Sequence record: SRR22947727_548
Reading direction: 5' to 3' (one strand)
Length of the DNA stretch: 40,914 bases
Of the stretch, positions 36,613 to 40,914 are shown piece by piece. How positions within the stretch are numbered: the stretch's first letter is position 1; each line of letters starts with the position of its first letter. Both the position numbers and the translations under genes were made by a program. Under the pieces are notes generated by a model. It was not told the DNA's origin and ran no database searches. It saw nothing but the letters and a program-made list of their open reading frames with translations.

Positions 36613-37299
36613 TCACCCAAGAATAGTATCAATTTTATTACAAGCATCTAATAGTCGAATAGCATCATATATTTCTTTAAGGTGTTCATCTTGATTATCA
36701 TAATTTGAATAATATCCATTACCCATTTCAACACCTAATTTCAGTATTGCTGGATGGTATGCTCCGGCAGACAAAAACACTCTAGGCGCATGATACTTTA
36801 ATCTTGAATTACCTTTTTGGCGTTGAGCGATTATGTAAGGGTCATGGTTATAATCCGCATTCATATTCAAATCATCTGATTCTGGCGAATTGTACAGTTC
36901 TATTAATTTACAAGCCGTTTCTTCAGGTATAGGCTTATATTCATAATATACCAAAATACGCAAAGGGCTTCGATTAATTTTTGTTCCAATTCTGTATTCT
37001 ACCATTCCTTCATAAAATTCCCCCACCTCCTTTCTAAATTTTAGAGGGGCGGTTCCAGAAATATTATCCTCTCTAGTTTCTTTATTTGTTGGGGGGTTAT
37101 CCTTGTTAATTTTTTCTATTGTGCTTTTTAACACAGATTCAATTTTCGTACCATAAGCCTTTAAGAACTTTTGAACTTCCTTTAATTTCTTATTGCAATC
37201 TTCTGGCCTTTTAATTTTTATTCTATTAGCACTTAAAGTAGTGCCTTGTCCTCTCGACTTCCCGCTAACCCTAGCATTTTTAAGAATTTTCCACCACAA
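36613..37299 (-). CDS. Paralogue family member 1
   Basis: TTG start after GGTGA: (M)WWKILKNARVSGKSRGQGTTLSANRIKIKRP. Confidence 0.8.
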   Translation of the reverse strand: MWWKILKNARVSGKSRGQGTTLSANRIKIKRPEDCNKKLKEVQKFLKAYGTKIESVLKSTIEKINKDNPPTNKETREDNISGTAPLKFRKEVGEFYEGMVEYRIGTKINRSPLRILVYYEYKPIPEETACKLIELYNSPESDDLNMNADYNHDPYIIAQRQKGNSRLKYHAPRVFLSAGAYHPAILKLGVEMGNGYYSNYDNQDEHLKEIYDAIRLLDACNKIDTILG

Positions 37300-37304
37300 G
37301 TAAA

Positions 37305-38030
37305 TCACCGCTTAACATTATCAAACCAAGATTTCATTGTTTCTTCCTTGTCATAGAAAGATTGTGGGAAGTCTTTATCAGGATTCACTTCGACTTCTAA
37401 ATCGGATTCTGTTTCAATAGACCTTTCCGTTGCTTCTAAAAGCATTTTCTTAATTACTGCACTTATTACAACAACTGTATATCCCAAGAACTCTTGGGAT
37501 AGAGCAACATCCCACAAATTGGCCTTAAGGTCTTCTAAAATTTCATATCCCACATCGTCAGATTCTATAACCTTTTTAAGTTCTTCTTCAATCTCTTCTT
37601 TCATAGAATTAACTATTTCTTTTGCTAATTTTTGACCAAGTTCATCAAGTGTTTCAAAAACATCTTCTGGAACATCGTCTTCTGTAATAGTAATATCATC
37701 TTCTTCCTCCATTAGCGAAGTAACAGTGGATTGTGCTAAATTACGAATTTTATCATCATACTTAGGGTCATTCATCATATCTATACCTATCAACAAAGGT
37801 TCGGATAAAATAATTTCTGCCGATTTTCTTCTTTGGGCAACTGATAAATCTACATCATCTAATGCTCTAATTGTTTTAGCCAACAAAGCACCACCGTATT
37901 TACTTAAATCGGGAGTTAGTTGAATACGGTCAAAAATTCCAGCATATATGCCTCTTGAGTTTTGAATCACATCTCTAAAAGAAAAATCTGCTTTTAAGAT
38001 GTTTTCCTCGTTGTAATAATCCCAAGTCAC
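37305..38030 (-). CDS. Acidic helical protein with WDYY...ILKA N-tag and C-terminal KSWFDNVKR
   Basis: GTG start at 38030 after GGTGA. Confidence 0.75.
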   Translation of the reverse strand: MTWDYYNEENILKADFSFRDVIQNSRGIYAGIFDRIQLTPDLSKYGGALLAKTIRALDDVDLSVAQRRKSAEIILSEPLLIGIDMMNDPKYDDKIRNLAQSTVTSLMEEEDDITITEDDVPEDVFETLDELGQKLAKEIVNSMKEEIEEELKKVIESDDVGYEILEDLKANLWDVALSQEFLGYTVVVISAVIKKMLLEATERSIETESDLEVEVNPDKDFPQSFYDKEETMKSWFDNVKR

Positions 38031-38345
38031 ATCATTCACCTGTTTCAAAATCCGCTTCTCTTCGTTTTATTCCAATAAGAACTGCTTCCGCAATATCTTG
38101 TAAACCAATTTTTAAGGTTTTTTGACTAAACCATGTTGGAGTATCATATTTAACATAAATAGCATGAACGGCCCTTTCAAATTCGTCATATAATTTATCT
38201 GCGTCGGTTTTGTATTCTCCCTCTAAAGTTAAAAGTGGTCTTTTCTCACCAAAAACTTTTACTGCGTTATCTGGCTCCGGCGCATCACTAGGTCTTCGTT
38301 CTCGTACTTTTCTTATTTCATCTTTCCAAGTCATATCATTCACCT
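38022..38345. repeat. 20-nt direct repeat at gene junctions (CCAAGTCA[C/T]ATCATTCACCT)
   Basis: Copies at 38022-38041 and 38326-38345, 1 mismatch. Confidence 0.8.
38032..38334 (-). CDS. WxxILK-tagged hypothetical protein
   Basis: Likely start is ATG 38334, MTWKDEIRK. Confidence 0.7.
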   Translation of the reverse strand: MTWKDEIRKVRERRPSDAPEPDNAVKVFGEKRPLLTLEGEYKTDADKLYDEFERAVHAIYVKYDTPTWFSQKTLKIGLQDIAEAVLIGIKRREADFETGE

Positions 38346-38773
38346 TTTAAATATCTTTTAATTTCACCAAATGCAGTTTTAATATACTTTGGAGCATCTT
38401 TCAATCTTTCTTCTATGGCGGATAAATTCGCTGCTAATGCAGCCTCTTCATTATCCTTCTCAAATGTATTGAACTCGCTCTTCTTAAATTCATCAATAGC
38501 CTTCTTAGTCATAGGCATTACATCTTTTAGATTAAAAACAGGAGTTACATTAACTACTTGATTATTTACCCTAACAGTGTATGTTCCACCTTTTCCAGAT
38601 TGAACCTTAATATTGCCTCTATCATGTGATAGAGTGCCATAATAATAAGTAGATACACCTCTACCCTTTCCAACTTTTTTATAGCCGCCTTTAATTTCGC
38701 CACCGACTTCTTCCTTTAATTCTTCGAGAAACTTTTTACCATCATACATTTTTAATAGTTCTGTCCAATCCAT
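38336..38773 (-). CDS. WxxILK-tagged hypothetical protein
   Basis: Likely start is ATG 38773, MDWTELLKM, after AGGAG. Confidence 0.7.
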   Translation of the reverse strand: MDWTELLKMYDGKKFLEELKEEVGGEIKGGYKKVGKGRGVSTYYYGTLSHDRGNIKVQSGKGGTYTVRVNNQVVNVTPVFNLKDVMPMTKKAIDEFKKSEFNTFEKDNEEAALAANLSAIEERLKDAPKYIKTAFGEIKRYLKGE

Positions 38774-38774
38774 A

Positions 38775-39209
38775 TTATCTACTCCTTGTTGTTTCATAAA
38801 ATTGCCTAATTGCACTTTCATTACCTATAACTTCGACAAAGAAACTTAATCCATTTAAGTTCTCAACAGACCATCTTCCAATTTTATCTGTGCCAAATTT
38901 GATAATTCCAGAAGCATTTAAAATACTATCCTCGCCCATTCTCCAATCTGTAATCTTAAAATTAAGCCTACCTAATTGCATAGTATCTCCTTTCTTATGA
39001 GTGCTTTCTTTGCCAATTGAATTAAATTTACTTCTTAGAACATTTAAAGCGTAGTTTTTAACACTTTTCTTAGTTCCTGCAATAGACGATTTTAGTGCAT
39101 CTCCTTCTCTAAGCATGGCAAAATCTTCACCATCAATTTCACCGTTATTATTACGGTCTAATTTCTTCTGCTTAGGGGTAAGTTCTTTTAGTATGTTTTG
39201 CCAAGTCAT
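38775..39209 (-). CDS. WxxILK-tagged protein with an EF-hand-like loop
   Basis: MTWQNILKE; DRNNNGEIDGED is a canonical Dx[DN]x[DN]GxI loop. Confidence 0.75.
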   Translation of the reverse strand: MTWQNILKELTPKQKKLDRNNNGEIDGEDFAMLREGDALKSSIAGTKKSVKNYALNVLRSKFNSIGKESTHKKGDTMQLGRLNFKITDWRMGEDSILNASGIIKFGTDKIGRWSVENLNGLSFFVEVIGNESAIRQFYETTRSR

Positions 39210-40123
39210 TTTTTATTCCTCCTATTTTGTCTAAATCGGTTTAAATCTATATTCCCTCTGGGTTTCACATCTTTATTTTTTCCGGCTTGTTTTCTTGGTA
39301 TTCCACGCAGACCAAACTCTCTTTGTCGTTCTTCAACATCATCAAGGCGACTTTGTGTTTCGGCTCTTTTTTCGTCCGAGATTTCTCTTTCTCTCTTTTC
39401 TCGCTTTTCTTTTAACGCATAAATTGGCTTTTTTATGTTTTGCCAAATCCAATTGCGATTAAGAAAAGCCCGTTGTGTTAAATATATGTCGTGTTTATTT
39501 TTAATAAAACTAGGATTTTTTTGTATATATTCCTTAACAAAACCAACAAGTTTGTCAACTTCTTCGACCCTATCTTGAAAACCTTTTAATGTATCTAATT
39601 TAAATTCTTTGTGTTCTTTATTCCATAGTTCAACATTTTTAGCACTTCTTTTCTTATCTGGAAATCTAGCACTTTTTTGGGGATTCTTCTTTCTCATCGA
39701 CTCCGCTATTTTTGAGCCGACTGTGATAAGATATGCTCTTGCTTCATCGGGAACTGTTATTCTATTTAATTTATTACCGTAATGTGACTTAATCCACCTA
39801 GAATCTTTGACAGTGATAGCATATCCTTTTTCTCTTAAAATGTTCAAAAGTCCAGATTGGTTGTCAATTGCCCTATCTGTGATAAACTTAAATGAATCTT
39901 GAATAAACTTCTTTGAGCCTTTTGGTGCAAATCGAATAGTACCGTCTGCCATTCTTTCGGCAGGGTCAGGACTTTGTGGTGGTTCAATACTAAGAACCTT
40001 AGCAGGATTATCTTTATCCCAATCTTTAACTGTCTTTTCCAAATAATCAGGATTCCACTCAAAGTACTTATCAATTTCCGGCATAGAAATGTCCGGTCTT
40101 TTTATAATGCTCCACCATGTCAT
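39206..40123 (-). CDS. WxxILK-tagged basic hypothetical protein
   Basis: Likely start is ATG 40123, MTWWSIIKR, after GGTGA. Confidence 0.75.
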   Translation of the reverse strand: MTWWSIIKRPDISMPEIDKYFEWNPDYLEKTVKDWDKDNPAKVLSIEPPQSPDPAERMADGTIRFAPKGSKKFIQDSFKFITDRAIDNQSGLLNILREKGYAITVKDSRWIKSHYGNKLNRITVPDEARAYLITVGSKIAESMRKKNPQKSARFPDKKRSAKNVELWNKEHKEFKLDTLKGFQDRVEEVDKLVGFVKEYIQKNPSFIKNKHDIYLTQRAFLNRNWIWQNIKKPIYALKEKREKREREISDEKRAETQSRLDDVEERQREFGLRGIPRKQAGKNKDVKPRGNIDLNRFRQNRRNKK

Positions 40124-40133
40124 AATAATCACC

Positions 40134-40409
40134 CTACAATTTTCCACGCTTTTCGTGAGAAATAGTATTTTTAACCTTTCCCTTTAAATAAGTAGTGGAC
40201 GGTTGCACCTCGATATATCCTTGCTCAAACTTCTCAAATTCTTGAAGTATTTTATTATAGGCTTCCTCATCGTAGGGCTTTCCTCGTTGTTTATCCATCA
40301 TCGCTTCGATTTTATCTCTAAACTTTATATTTTCTCTATTTGCGTGGTGGTCTTCTGGCTCGTCACCAAATGGATTTGCGTACCTTTTCAGTATATCTTT
40401 CCATTCCAT
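40134..40409 (-). CDS. WxxILK-tagged hypothetical protein
   Basis: 91 aa, MEWKDILKR. Confidence 0.75.
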   Translation of the reverse strand: MEWKDILKRYANPFGDEPEDHHANRENIKFRDKIEAMMDKQRGKPYDEEAYNKILQEFEKFEQGYIEVQPSTTYLKGKVKNTISHEKRGKL

Positions 40410-40843
40410 AATAATCTCTTTCCTGTTTATTGCTTAGTAACGGATATTGTATTGTTTCCGCCCTTTTCCGCAGTAAAGCCTAATTTTCCTAGATAACTAA
40501 TTATTTCCGTTATGTTTTCCTCAATAGCCTCAGGAGTTAAACTGCCTCCAGAAAATATAGGATTCAAGTCATACATTAAACCTCTCTTTTGACCCATTCC
40601 TGAAACACCATTACTAAGTATCTTAATACCGAATTTCCCTACTTTTTGAAATTCTGGGTCATCTCTAAATACCTTAAGTACCTCATTGACAAGTTGCTGT
40701 ATTCGCTGTACTCTTTTTTGTTTTTGACCGGCGCTGTACGCATCGTTCCTTTGACCTCGCTTCCTTTCCCTAATTCTATCAAATGGCCCTTTCTGTATAA
40801 TATCTTCCCATGTCATAATAATCCTTTTCCTGTTTATTGCTTA
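40407..40843. repeat. 30-nt direct repeat of leader/start region (CATAATAATC[TC/CT]TTTCCTGTTTATTGCTTA)
   Basis: Copies at 40407-40436 and 40814-40843, 2 mismatches. Confidence 0.9.
40427..40816 (-). CDS. WxxILK-tagged hypothetical protein
   Basis: 129 aa, MTWEDIIQKG. Confidence 0.75.
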   Translation of the reverse strand: MTWEDIIQKGPFDRIRERKRGQRNDAYSAGQKQKRVQRIQQLVNEVLKVFRDDPEFQKVGKFGIKILSNGVSGMGQKRGLMYDLNPIFSGGSLTPEAIEENITEIISYLGKLGFTAEKGGNNTISVTKQ

Positions 40844-40914
40844 TAATCGAATTTGTTTTTGAAAAATTGTGGCGGAATTTTTGTGGGACTAGCGTTTTAT
40901 TTTAATTGTTTTTT

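Noticed and set aside
34790-37308. Diversity-generating retroelement as the source of paralogue variability
   Set aside because: There is no reverse transcriptase in the window and no template/variable repeat pair differing only at adenines.
2721-40074. Short alternative-frame minus-strand ORFs (2721-2909, 3202-3426, 9817-10020, 10636-10830, 18214-18405, 36034-36351, 39844-40074)
   Set aside because: They are fully nested in better-supported genes and have no independent signals.
23372-40816. N-terminal tag as a Sec/Tat signal peptide or lipoprotein signal
   Set aside because: It is only ~8 residues long, with no hydrophobic h-region, twin arginine or lipobox.
647-40846. All plus-strand ORFs in the track (e.g. 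8108-8470, 20110-20529, 17598-17954, 28467-28802)
   Set aside because: They are antisense shadows of long minus-strand genes, with S/L/F-rich composition, no RBS and no motifs.

Overview
This is an AT-rich segment of a tailed dsDNA virus (Caudoviricetes). All credible genes lie on the minus strand, tightly packed, with ATGA overlaps and archaeal-type GGTGA/GGAGG ribosome-binding sites. Gene content and style fit a marine archaeal head-tail virus, most likely a magrovirus-like virus of Marine Group II Euryarchaeota (Poseidoniales); this is inference, not a database result. In transcription order (right to left): a long array of small diverse ORFs, a putative small terminase, three very large charged proteins, large terminase, a LAGLIDADG-domain protein, portal, an ATP-dependent DNA-ligase-like multidomain protein, HK97-type prohead protease/scaffold, major capsid protein, small putative decoration proteins, a membrane-protein plus Arf/Ras-like small GTPase module, head-tail adaptor, putative tail terminator and a truncated tail-tube gene. 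The main signal is that about 25 mostly unrelated ORFs start with the same peptide, M-x(0-3)-W-x-x-[ILVFE]-[LIV]-K (two with one extra residue before K). This resembles the scaffold's C-terminal helix (MEWSDIHKMV, also present exactly in a 79-aa protein) and ends in the same hydrophobic-x-K pattern that flanks the protease domain and the capsid propeptide. I propose a capsid-targeting and protease-cleavage tag system for virion cargo. The cargo genes appear to move as cassettes via duplicated stop-RBS-start junction sequences. No CRISPR, tRNA, rRNA, integrase or reverse transcriptase was recognised.
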